Source: Callorhinchus milii (taxonomy: Eukaryota). Taken from it: a stretch of 54,317 nt of DNA. The notes below the pieces were generated by a model. That model had not been told where the DNA came from, ran no database searches, and worked only from the letters and a program-made list of their open reading frames with translations. Below, piece by piece: positions 12,413 to 22,857 of this stretch. The position numbers and the translations under genes were made by a program. The stretch is from NCBI RefSeq assembly GCF_018977255.1, contig NW_024705326.1, forward strand, positions 1 to 54,317, given 5' to 3'. The first letter of the stretch is position 1, and every line of letters starts with the position of its first letter.

Positions 12413-12945
12413 CTAATGTGTATCGAAATGGTTTATTACGTCCTTCCAATGATTGCTGAGCCAGAATCCATCTTCTCGGTTAAAATTGTCTCTGTGTTTG
12501 TATATGTGGATCGCCTCATGAACGAATCTCTCATGATAGCCAGATGGCTTGCAGAGAACCTCTGTCTTGGAGAAGTCAATATCATGTGAGCCCACTGAGT
12601 TGTAACAGTGATCTGCCACGGCTGAGGTGTTTGTCCTACCGTGTTTCAGGTCAGCTTTATGTTCACGGATGCGGTCCGAGACATGTCGTTTGGTTTCCCC
12701 AATGTAACTGCTACCACAGAGGCAACTTAGTTTGTAGACGCCAGGGTACTGTATGTCTGGAACCACATCTTTTACAGACGGTACCAGATCACGGATTTTA
12801 TGTACTGTGTTGAATCGGACCTGGATCTTGTGTTTAATCAGGATTTTGGAGATCTTTTTTGTGACCCCAGCAATGTAGGGTAAGGTGATGGTCTTGAAAG
12901 GCTCCTCAACAGGATCCTTCTTGATGGTTGGAGTGATGGCTTTGC
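12413..12945 (-). pseudogene. 5'-truncated Penelope ORF: RT-EN linker plus GIY-YIG endonuclease
   Basis: PGVYKLSCLCGSSYIGETKR...REHK...AVADH...FNREDG: GIY/YIG motifs and the C-x-C/H/H signature. No RT domain present. Confidence 0.9.
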
Positions 12946-12946
12946 T

Positions 12947-13496
12947 TTCCGACTATACAATCCGCAAAGCCTTCACTCCAACCATCAAGAAGGATCCTGT
13001 TGAGGAGCCTTTCAAGACCATCACCTTACCCTACATTGCTGGGGTCACAAAAAAGATCTCCAAAATCCTGATTAAACACAAGATCCAGGTCCGATTCAAC
13101 ACAGTACATAAAATCCGTGATCTGGTACCGTCTGTAAAAGATGTGGTTCCAGACATACAGTACCCTGGCGTCTACAAACTAAGTTGCCTCTGTGGTAGCA
13201 GTTACATTGGGGAAACCAAACGACATGTCTCGGACCGCATCCGTGAACATAAAGCTGACCTGAAACACGGTAGGACAAACACCTCAGCCGTGGCAGATCA
13301 CTGTTACAACTCAGTGGGCTCACATGATATTGACTTCTCCAAGACAGAGGTTCTCTGCAAGCCATCTGGCTATCATGAGAGATTCGTTCATGAGGCGATC
13401 CACATATACAAACACAGAGACAATTTTAACCGAGAAGATGGATTCTGGCTCAGCAATCATTGGAAGGACGTAATAAACCATTTCGATACACATTAG
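12947..13496 (+). pseudogene. 5'-truncated Penelope ORF: RT-EN linker plus GIY-YIG endonuclease (mirror copy)
   Basis: ORF 12885-13496 contains ITLPYIAGVTKKISKIL...GVYKLSCLCGSSYIGETKR. Its first ~20 codons are the antisense of the other arm, not native sequence. Confidence 0.9.
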
Positions 13497-14049
13497 GGTG
13501 TGTAGAATAATACATAGTGTTATATTAAATGTATAAGATATAGGTTGGTTTACAGCAATACAGTATATAATTTAATGTTGGGTTTATCTATGGCAGTATA
13601 TAGTACGGTATATGCTCGTGTGATGTAAGAGAATAAGTTTAGATGGAAGCATATTATAGAATTTTTACGAGGTAGAATTGTAATGTATTACTTGCTGTTA
13701 GTAACTCAGCTTATTATAGAGTATAGTAAGTATACTGATGGTGCGATGCAGTTTATACTTTAGTTTTTTATGTAGTTTATACTTTAGTTTTCTACGTGGT
13801 TGTTGAGTAACTGCAGCTACATATCATTAACATTCCTTTCCTTTGTTACTGCTAATCCCTGCACCCCCCTTGGTTGCTGCTGATCCTGCATAATGCATGG
13901 GCATAATATGACTTTGACACCCCCCGCCCAACGCCTACGCATTTTCCATGAATATGCTAAATTCCTCTTCACATGCACATTCTTTTTGTTAAGGCGCTCT
14001 TCACACCCCAATGCAGCTTATATATAAGCTCCTAGTTTGGTAGTGTCTC

Positions 14050-14101
14050 ATTCTTCACCTGAAGACGGCTGCTTGCGTTGTAGCCGAAACGTCGTGAGAA
14101 T
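14050..14101 (+). ncRNA. Minimal type I hammerhead ribozyme (Penelope-associated)
   Basis: Stem I ATTCTTCAC/GTGAGAAT, core CTGAAGA (14059-14065), stem II GGCTGC/GTAGCC, GAAA (14086-14089), palindromic ACGT in place of stem III, GTC triplet (predicted cut after 14093). Confidence 0.85.
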
Positions 14102-14409
14102 TTTTTATTTTATATGTTTTATTTTTATTATTTTATTACTTCCCTTCTACGTGACTTTACCGAAAGAACCAAGAAGATAACCAACCCGACTTAACTTGAA
14201 CAAAACGACGGAACGATAGAGAGCAACAAAGAACAGCGATGGTGAAAATGCGCCAAGTAGAGGATAAATTACGCTTCCAAATTCACGGTTATATAAAATC
14301 ACAATTGTGGCTGTGGTTGCGGTATGTGTGTGTGTATGTTGAACTTCTTTCGCACCGTACGTAGCCAACCGAGCTAATCAGAGGTGCGGGGGGGGGACAA
14401 CAAAATAGT

Positions 14410-14506
14410 AGTTAAACACGTAACTGACAGTTAAACACGTGACAGTTAAACACGTGAAAAGTTTAACACGTGAAACTTAAACACGTGAAAAGTTTAACAC
14501 GTGAAA
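14410..14506. repeat. Short tandem repeat, ~15-19-bp unit (TTAAACACGTGAAAAG-like, 6 copies)
   Basis: Repeated TAAACACGT/TTAACACGTG read directly. Confidence 0.85.
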
Positions 14507-14933
14507 GGAAGTGGCTCACATTTTCGCAGTGAAATTCAGGAGGGGCATGCTGCATGTAAGATTGAGGAAAACAACAGAATTCCGTGATCGATAATTCCAA
14601 CTTGCATTTGAACCGGCCTCTCCGCTCAATTTCCAGAGACACCAAGCTGTTGGCTTCACGCCCAGTTAACCCAGAGACGGTTATTTGTTTTAAGCTTCGA
14701 TACTTTGTCTTAACTCTGTTATGACTCCTCTTGCTCTTTCATTACTATTCACATTTCACTTTAATTGAGCGTCTCTTAATTAAATGAGAGGCAATTGAGA
14801 TGCATTTCTCAGCGATTGCACACAATTTGTATTAATAAAGTGTATGAATGACGGGGGGGTCAGTGAGGGTCGATTATGGGGGGATTCATGCACCCTTTAT
14901 CCATTGACGAGATGACACGATTGTTATATGGCA

Positions 14934-15043
14934 AGACAAAGACAAAAGACCCTGTGTAACCTTAACATACTTTGGGGAAAGTGCTGTAAGCGAGCACCTA
15001 TGAAGGCCGGCACGGCACACGAGGGAGTGGGTGGCCAACGCCA
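14934..15043 (-). mobile_element. SINE family A, 3' half
   Basis: CCTTAACATACTTTGGGGAAAGTGCTGTAAGCGAGCACCTATGAAGGCCGGCACGGCACACGAGGG matches 4790-4868. Confidence 0.85.
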
Positions 15044-16454
15044 ACATAAAACATTTGAGCACAATGTTTTCTGGTGATTACAACAACCAGCTGCATCAGG
15101 GAGACTGCCGGGGTAGATCTCGTCTTCTGCTGCCACCCACGATCTCATTGAATTGCCACCACTATCTCAGGGCCACGACTGGACAACACCGTGATCCCAC
15201 ACTCATTTGAGTCTGCAGTAAAGTGCAAACTCAGAGACTAAAGCTGCCAAAACCATTATTGCCCCTATCACCACGTCGAGTACATCATTGGCTCTGCATT
15301 AAACGCATTGGAGGGATAATTAGGGAGAGTGAAGGTAACGCAATGGGAACCTCAAGGATATTTTGCGCCTGCCGTCGACGCCCCTCGGGCCACGACGACA
15401 TCTCGACCGTGGGTTGAGAGAAGCCTGGCCGCCCGTGCCGACCGACGGAGGTGTCCCGTCATTGTGCATCGACGCGGCGGTGAACGCCAGAGCCTGCCCC
15501 GCACACGCGACGGCCGCGGGGGGGCTTCCAGTTTTGCAGGCCGCCCCCCCCCCGCCCGCGCTTAAATCCGCCAGAGATTTGTGTTGCCCACTGGCATTTA
15601 TTGGTCATTACAGCCAGGTGTCTCGTGATATTAACGTGGAATTTTGCGAGTTAAGTTTTTTTTAATGCGGCGTAAAATGGTCTCGGTGCAAACCATTGTG
15701 GGCGCCTGTGGGTAGTTTCAAAAGGCAAGAAATGGGCCGCTGATAATTTTTTTGGTGGGGGAGGAGAAAAAAGTTAATACACCGTCGAAAAATGAGCGAT
15801 TAAACGCAATTAAGGAATGTAATTACATTCCAGCCGTACGAGGCGTTCTAATTAGGCGGATGCTTTGGAAGAGATTGTTCAAAGCCGGCGGCGCGCCTTG
15901 CCCAGCGTTATCAAAGTGTCTGCTTGCCGTGCGTGGCTTGCAAGCAGGAAGCTCCTGCTGCTGTTGCTGCTGCAGGAGCCTCGTGCGGCCGACTTTGATG
16001 GCTCTGAGAATGCATCGTGCGCCGACCGGTAGTTAGATTGCTCGAGCCCACGAAAGGAAGGTGGCAGTGAGATCGTTACTACGGTGGGTTTTGAAGGAGT
16101 TTGAAACTTGCTTGCCTGTGGACTTTGGTTCAGAGTGTAGCTGCTGCGCATAACTTTGCAGTACGCTTGATTAGGCTTGATTAAACGGGGTTCCAAGGAC
16201 CTCAAAGAAAGTGGATAGTGTGAGGTCCAGCCTCATTATTAAACTCTTCGTAAATGAAGGATTTGTGGTCCCTGTACACACGGCTGTGATTTCTCATCAC
16301 TTTTTACTTGCACCACTTATTCTCTAACCTTGTAAGTCAATGTAAGGCAGTTTGCATTCCGAAATGAGCATTGGGGTGGCACTTTGGATCTAGCTCATGT
16401 TGGAACTCCACATTCCCACGCTGGGAGCCAGGCTTTATAGGACAACTAGTGACG

Positions 16455-16575
16455 AACTGCATAGTGTTACTCGTGTTATTGACCCTGGAAGGATGATGGC
16501 CTGATATTAACCCAGACTCGGATTTGAACTCTCACAACATTGCGATTGTGAGCAGAGTGCTCACACCACATTGCC
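16455..16575 (-). mobile_element. Degenerate tRNA-SINE remnant
   Basis: Minus strand has box B-like GAGTTCAAATCC followed by TCAGGCCATCATCCTTCCAGGGTCAATAA, resembling a conserved SINE central domain. Confidence 0.45.
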
Positions 16576-17442
16576 TTCTGGCGAAGGGGTCCTATTGCTC
16601 AGCAGATGATTGCTATTATTATTACCATCATCAATCATTTCTGTTTGTGCTGGAGTTTGCATATGCTACAGCTGGGATAAATTAAAATCTTCATTGGGTG
16701 AGCTTTGACATGCATCGCAACAGTGCCTGTGCTCAATTAATTCCATATTTTTGTGTAATTTGTCAAAAGTGATGCCCTAATTATTCCGTGGGAGTCAGAT
16801 CCATCCGGATCATTTCCTGGCAGAAAAGTGACACCTCCACAAGCGATCCTGCAGAACACCCAAGATACCATAGACCAAACTCGGAGCTTCTCCATCATTG
16901 TTCTCCATTAGCTAGATGGTGGAATACGGTCCACTTAATAATATTTTCGAGTGATCTTTCATCATGCAATTTGTAGTCAAATGGAGGCACTCCGAACTGG
17001 GATAACCAATCAAGTAAAAAGCCAAATTGTATAAATTTAGGCACGGTGGAGCAGTGCACAGTGCATGGGCACTACGATCCCAGGAACCTGAGTTAAATTC
17101 CCAGCCAAAGCCAACAAGTGTTGGGAGATATCCCAACTGGTTCTGGCCATGCCCTCCCTGCCACACCAGTAATGGACAGACAAAGGGCTGTGAATTAAAT
17201 TTAATGTGAGTCGCGGCATGCAATGAGAATTCTGTGCAGGGCATGTAAAAGATGATGTGGATAAAGAAGCCAGTTTGGCGTGACCCCAGAAGTCTGCGTT
17301 GGGGCCAGTTCTCCTGCACAGGGTGATGCACCGCTCGCTGTCAGAGTTCCCGACGACACGGTGTCGAGAGCACACATGGCATGCACTTTCAAAAAAGCCG
17401 TAAGTAAAACAAGAAATACAAAGTGCACAGGTATCTCTAAAC

Positions 17443-17680
17443 CAGTGGTTCTTAACCTGGGGTGCACGCACCCCCTGGGGGTGCAAGATGCCCTTTCTGG
17501 GGGTGTAAGACGTGAACAGATTTCTTTTTTAGGAGGTAAATGATCGAAAACGCAAATTATGCACATGCACAGAAGTACAACTACTGTGTTTTATTAGAAC
17601 CTTTTATTTTTTAACAGTGTACCTTTTGAAATTATTGAAACCAAAGGGATGTAAAGCTGCAGCAAAGTTAAGAGCCACTG
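17443..17680. mobile_element. Non-autonomous hAT (Charlie-type) MITE
   Basis: TIRs CAGTGGTTCTTAAC / GTTAAGAGCCACTG (1 mismatch). 8-bp TSD CTCTAAAC (17435-17442) / CTGTAAAC (17681-17688). Confidence 0.85.
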
Positions 17681-18539
17681 CTGTAAACAATTATATATTA
17701 TTTTTTTATAAGAGACCGGTACAAAGAGCGAGAAATAAAAGAAAGTGGCCCACAAGAATTCCGCGAACAGAAGCCCGAAACGCAGCGCTCACGGGTCAAG
17801 GGAGGAGACGTGGGCTCGCTGTCCTCCTAACTTGGGGAGTACGGGCGGCAGAACGGAATAATGTTTTTTCAAGGCGAAGGGAAAGCAAGGTGAAATGGGA
17901 CAAAAGTGAAGGGGACAAACAAAAGTTGGAGGTTAACAACGTATTATTTAACGATACTGTTTATCGTGTAGAGGGAGGGGGGGTACGCTATTAGAAACCG
18001 ACATCAGCACGGCAAATATAAATTGTATCTGGAAACGACACGTAGCCTTCACGAGGCTGCTTGCTGGGAGGTGTGGCCGATTGCCTTTGCAGTTCCCCAC
18101 TCCTTCGTTGGCTGAAAGCGTTTTGCGAGTGGTGCGAAACTTTGAGCATTGTGATGTCACCTTGCCAAGTACGCCGAGAGCAGAGGGAGAGGGCTTGCCG
18201 GAGTGGCTGGCGTGTCGCAGCCAATGGACGGAGTCGGGGTTTTCTCATGGGCGACTAAACCTCAACTAATTAGACTCGCGTATGCCTACATCTTGTAGAG
18301 TGATGGGATTTGGTGTTCTACGTACGGCGTTTTAAGGACTGTAACATTGCAAGCACGTGTTAAGGCACTCAGCCCACCTGCTTTTGACGGCTTTGGTGTT
18401 GGTTGGTCAGTGTGTGGTTGGCAAGCCCATTTCAGATGTTATATCTGCCACTCATTTTAATTGTGGGGAGGAATCTAATTATATGATGCACGGTTCATAG
18501 TACTCTGTGGACGACTGTGCCAACCATATCCTTACGGAT

Positions 18540-18720
18540 TATAATAATAATTAAGACCTTAAGGTTCATCTACAGTTTCCCCACCAGCTTCATTAACGCT
18601 GCCTTGAAATAAATTATCCATTGTCGGCTCTTCTTTTTGCCAGTGGCCCTGCAGGGCAGATTGAATCAGTAATGACAACCTTCTGACCAACTCGCAGTAA
18701 GGAGACAAAATTTCACTCTG
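18540..18720 (-). mobile_element. Possible decayed CR1-like LINE 3' end
   Basis: Minus strand CAGAAGGTTGTC...TTCAATCTGCCCTG...TTTCAAGGCAGCGTTA...GATGAACCTTAAGGTCTT followed by (ATT)n resembles a CR1 ORF2 end and tail. Highly diverged. Confidence 0.35.
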
Positions 18721-19674
18721 CAGTCGAGTTCCTTCAGAGCTCTGGAAGCATGGAGATGATTGAACATCGGTAAAAATTCTCACATGGTGCGGTATATTTA
18801 TTACCCAGCATCTCATAGAAACTTGAGAAGTTATTTGAGCCCTTCTGAGAATCCAGCGTGCAAAGTAGATTGGCAAGAAATGTCATTTTTTGACCCATGA
18901 CCCCTGCTCATTAACCCTGCAAGCTGAAAATTTTTCCGAATATAAGAATGAAAATTAGTCCAGGGTGAGGTAGGAAGGTGCTACAACTGCAGCAGTGTTC
19001 GTGAGATCTGGACAATATCAACTGGTCTTTTGAGCGTTGACTACCAAGTCATTTTGTTAAATCCACCCCATAAATCCCACTCTCCATGCGCACGTGACCT
19101 GCGTACATGTGATCTGTTGTATTACTCCCCAGCCCACGTGGCCTCGAGCAAATATGATGCATTTTATTACAATGCACCTAAGCAGATATTACGGCTATTA
19201 TGATTTGATTTTGATGAAGCGCCCTAAACACCGTCGCATGTCAGCGCTCCTCTGGATCACGTATCATTACAAACGTTTCAAAGGAGACCCCCCCAGTGGC
19301 AGCTGTCCGTGTGGGTACAAGGTGACTCCGACATTAATCCGTCGGTAGGGGGTGATAATTGCTATGCATAATCACAAATGAGTAATTTGTGGATCATTTC
19401 AAATTTGGATGATTATATGAAGATATATATTTATTAGTTTTTTTGGTTTGTAAAAAAAAGAAGGTTATTTTAGCATGGATAGGTTGTTAAGGGGAGCATA
19501 CCACAGGACAGAGCAGTGGAGCCATTTCCCACACTTGCCCTGTACGTCCTTATCCAAGCCATGTGCTGATGTATTTAAAGGTAGGAGTTGGCTTGTCGGC
19601 CCCAGAAAGAGTTACATTGGGGTGAGACTTGGGTGGGGAAAAATGAGATCCCTCTTCTGTGGGCATGACTGGAC

Positions 19675-19950
19675 GTAGTGGCGAGATGTTGACTACTTTG
19701 CCTGGTATGCAGAAGGTCGTGGGTTCGATCCCAACTCTGACGCCTGCTGCTGTTTATTTGGAGTTTGCGTGTTCTCCCAGTAGTCACGTGGATTCTTCTC
19801 TGGGTCCTCTGGTTATTCCCTCCACATTTAGATTCAACATCACGCGTTTAGAGTATTTGGCTGCTATAAATTTCCACGTGATCAACTACTTCGTTGAATT
19901 ATGATGTGTGGCCAGGTCAGTGAGCCTTACCTGGTAAAATTAAAATTAAC
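19675..19950 (+). mobile_element. V-domain-like tRNA SINE (family B)
   Basis: Box B GGGTTCGATCCC, GGAGTTTGCGTGTTCTCCC, tail CCTTACCTGGTAAAATTAAA. Carries an internal deletion in the tail relative to other copies. Confidence 0.87.
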
Positions 19951-20696
19951 TATTAAAGAAAATGTGGTCTCCTGGTTCAGTGAACACCCAGACGGACATC
20001 ATAATCGCACTTGTTAAAGGGACAACTTTATATAAAAACGACGAAAATGAAAGCTACTTCATTTTACATTTAATGAAATTGTTGAACATTCATCAGTCAA
20101 TGTTATTTTTGGAAACACATTAGTGAAGGGTTAATCTTACCCACCCCTTCGACGTCACTCTACTGTGAAGATAAGAGTGGTCGGTGTCGTGATTTTAACA
20201 ATTATTTTTATCACCATCAATTAATTTATTAAAAGCACAATTGTGCTTCTTAATAAAGACCATTATTTTTTTGCATTTAAATGAGATGCTCCTCCGCTTT
20301 CTCATTAATCACAGTGCTAAGCTTTGCCAAATTGACCTCAATTTAATTGTCATTAAAATGCAACAAATGTCTCTGTAGTAGGTAAACACGAGTGTCACCA
20401 TTAACCTTTGTACGCCCACCCATGTCAGAGCTGAAATCGGACACGAACGTTCAGTCACACACGACCTATGAGGTCACAGTGCACGTTTGCAAATGGACTA
20501 GTTCACCATATCCTGTTTGCCTGCCTCGACGTTTCTCCAAATTAGCAATGTCTGTGTAAACACTGCCACCATGATGCATCTATTACATGCAATGACTTAT
20601 AAAAAAATGATAATACGATATAATTTGGATTCATATAGCATCTATATGGAACTGTGTCTCAAAACCTGTTACAACCATGGCATAGAAGCATCATGA

Positions 20697-21479
20697 GGGG
20701 GTGCCACGGTGGCTAGGAGATGTTAACTCCCTCGCCTGGTGTGCAGGAGGTCGTGGGTTCGATCCCGACCCTGACGCCTGCTGTATATTTGGAGTTTGCT
20801 TGTCTCTCTTCCCGTGGTCGCGTGGATTTTTCTCTGGGTCCTCTAGGTTTTCCCTCCATGTTTAGAATCCACGTGCGTTTAGGGTATTTTTGGCTGATAT
20901 AAATTGCCACGTGATAAGCCACTTCGTTGAAATATAGCTTGTGACCCGGTCGCTTCTGAAAAAGAGCTGCATAGCTCGGTGGACCTTATCTGTAGTAATA
21001 GGTTTTACCATTTTAACTGGCAACAAAACTGACACCTTTATACAAGGGATCATGTTTGCATTAACCACAACACTTGCGGTCAAAATGCAAACAAAAAGAC
21101 AACTCTGATAATGTATGCACTGTCCTTGAAATTGATTGGTCCACACCCGAGACAGCTTTTCTTAGAGCCTAGTCTCACATGGTGTTGGACCAGATGACGC
21201 CAAAAGGCGCCGGAAGGCGTGAGACTAGGCTCGAAGAAAAGCTGTCTCGGGTGTGGACCAATCAATTTCAAGTACAGTGCATACATTATCAGAGTTGTCT
21301 TTTTGTTTGCATTTTGACTGCAAGTGTTGTGGTTAATGCAAACATGATCCCCTGTATAAAGGTGTCAGTTTTGTTGCCACTTAAAAGGTTAAAAACCTAT
21401 TACTACATCTTGCTACTGGCAAAGAAGGTCTCAATGTAAAGGCCTTATCTGGTAAAATAAAAAATGGTTTAATAGTTTA
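20697..21479 (+). mobile_element. V-domain-like tRNA SINE (family B), interrupted near its 3' end by a foldback element
   Basis: SINE body 20697-20992; tail resumes at 21443 (CCTTATCTGGTAAAATAAAAA). CCTTATCTG is duplicated at 20984-20992 and 21443-21451. Confidence 0.87.
20991..21442. mobile_element. Foldback/MITE-like element: ~188-bp inverted arms, 40-bp spacer, ~35-bp one-sided tail
   Basis: 20991-21178 is the reverse complement of 21219-21407 with few mismatches. Related copy at 23355-23622. Confidence 0.85.
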
Positions 21480-21789
21480 TAGAAAGATAGGTACAGAATA
21501 ACTCCTCTTATCCGTTAGCTTATTACCCTTGACTACTATTATCCATGGGAACTGCCCGTTTCATGAAAACTCTTATTACCCACAGTCATATTATTTCCCA
21601 TTATCCACTGTTATGAGTGACCTTTCCCATCATGTCTGTTGGGACGGCGTCCAATTACACTGGTCTACAGCCAAAATGCTTCCGAAATAAATGTAGTCCA
21701 ACTTTACTAATTCTGGGTCACTGAGAATGAAAATTATACTTAAAATTGTTGATTGGCTCTAGTTTTCAAGATATGCTACTGGGTCAGTA

Positions 21790-22370
21790 TATATGGCTTC
21801 GTGTACAAACCTTTGATGGTAGCCAGAAGGTTTGCAGAGCACCTTGGTCTCAGAAAAGACAATCTCATGGGAACCCACAGCATTGTAGCAGTGATCGGCA
21901 ACGGCGGAAGACTCAATTTTGCCGTGTTTCAGATCTGACTTGTGCTCCGTGATGATGGGTACAAACTGAGTAATCATTGGAAAGATATTATTATCCATGC
22001 AAAAAAGATTTAACTACACATATTTGGACCATCTTATTTGACAGGCACTATTCTACTTTACCGAGTGTTGACATCTCCAGCGTTTAACAGCACTCTCCTC
22101 TCCTTTTTTGTATTTGGATTGTCAACCAACATCGGGTAAAAAATCAACAAGATGCACCTACTGTCATCTTTTAGCAACCCCCCCCCAACACGTTCCACTC
22201 ATTGGCTTCCATATTCAGATAACCCCCCTCCCCCTTCCCTCCCCCCTTAAACTTGTATTTAAGAGCTTGACTCTTGGAATTTTGCCTCACTTGAGACAGT
22301 AAATCTAGCTGTGACGGTCCCACCTGATGACGGAGACTTGTGTTACCTCCGAAACGTCGTGATTTATTAT
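21790..22370 (+). mobile_element. Older Penelope-like remnant nested in the Chapaev element, with an inverted 5' segment
   Basis: 21790-21950 encodes EHKSDLKHGKIESSAVADHCYNAVGSHEIVFSETKVLCKPSGYHQRFVHEAIY on the minus strand. From ~21951 the plus strand continues DDGYKLSNHWKDII, then UTR and a hammerhead. Homologous to 13245-13490. Confidence 0.85.
22321..22361 (+). ncRNA. Minimal hammerhead ribozyme motif
   Basis: CAC-CTGATGA-C-GGAG-ACTTGTGTTAC-CTCC-GAAA-CGTC-GTG. Confidence 0.78.
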
Positions 22371-22857
22371 TCAAGTACCTCCTCGGAAAAATTGCCAAGG
22401 TTAAGTGAAGCTAAGATAAAGGAAGGTGTCTTTGTTGGTCTTCAGATTCGTGAACTTCTTCGAGATGATACATTTGACAGTGCACTGCGTGGCAAGGATA
22501 AGACGGCATGGAAAGCCTTCCAATTAGTGGCAACACATTTTCTCAGAAACAACAAGGCAGACAACTACAGGGAGTTGGTGGAAAACCTCGTCAAGGCATA
22601 CAAAAGCCTTGGTTGCAACATGTCACTAAAGATAAAAAAAATTCCACTCTCATCTAGATTTTTTCCCACCGAACTGCGGAGCAGTGAGCGACGAGCATGG
22701 CGATCGATGTCACCAAGACATTGCGACGATGGAGAAACGCTATCAGGGCAAATGGAGCCCATCAATGCTTGCAGACTATTGCTGGACAGTGACAAGATAT
22801 GCTCCATTTAATGAATACAAGAGACAAGCCAAGAAGCGCCGAGTAGACACTGAATAA
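22370..22857 (+). pseudogene. Chapaev3-like transposase C-terminal fragment (frameshifted)
   Basis: LPRLSEAKIKEGVFVGLQIRELL...LGCNMSLKI, frameshift near 22640, then HSHLDFFPPNCGAVSDEHGDRCHQDIATMEKRYQGKWSPSMLADYCW...KRQAKKRRVDTE*. Family assignment is by motif recall plus TIR/TSD. Confidence 0.8.

Larger units (their letters stand above)
11706..14178. mobile_element. Penelope-like retroelement (GIY-YIG type): two 5'-truncated copies head-to-head forming a ~2.44-kb palindrome
   Basis: 11736-12945 is the near-identical reverse complement of 12964-14178, with an 18-bp spacer. Each arm has a GIY-YIG ORF remnant, 3' UTR and hammerhead motif. Only the left arm keeps the ~30-bp terminal tail (11706-11735). 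Candidate TSD TAAACAACCCGATTTAA (11696-11712) / TAACCAACCCGACTTAA (14178-14194). Confidence 0.93.

Noticed and set aside
12885..13496. Intact 203-aa stand-alone GIY-YIG nuclease gene
   Set aside because: The N-terminus is the antisense of the opposite palindrome arm and the RT domain is absent; it is a truncated retroelement ORF.
19675..19745. tRNA genes at box A/B motifs (also 2814, 7435, 20697, 51414)
   Set aside because: No complete cloverleaf, and each continues into a SINE body and tail.
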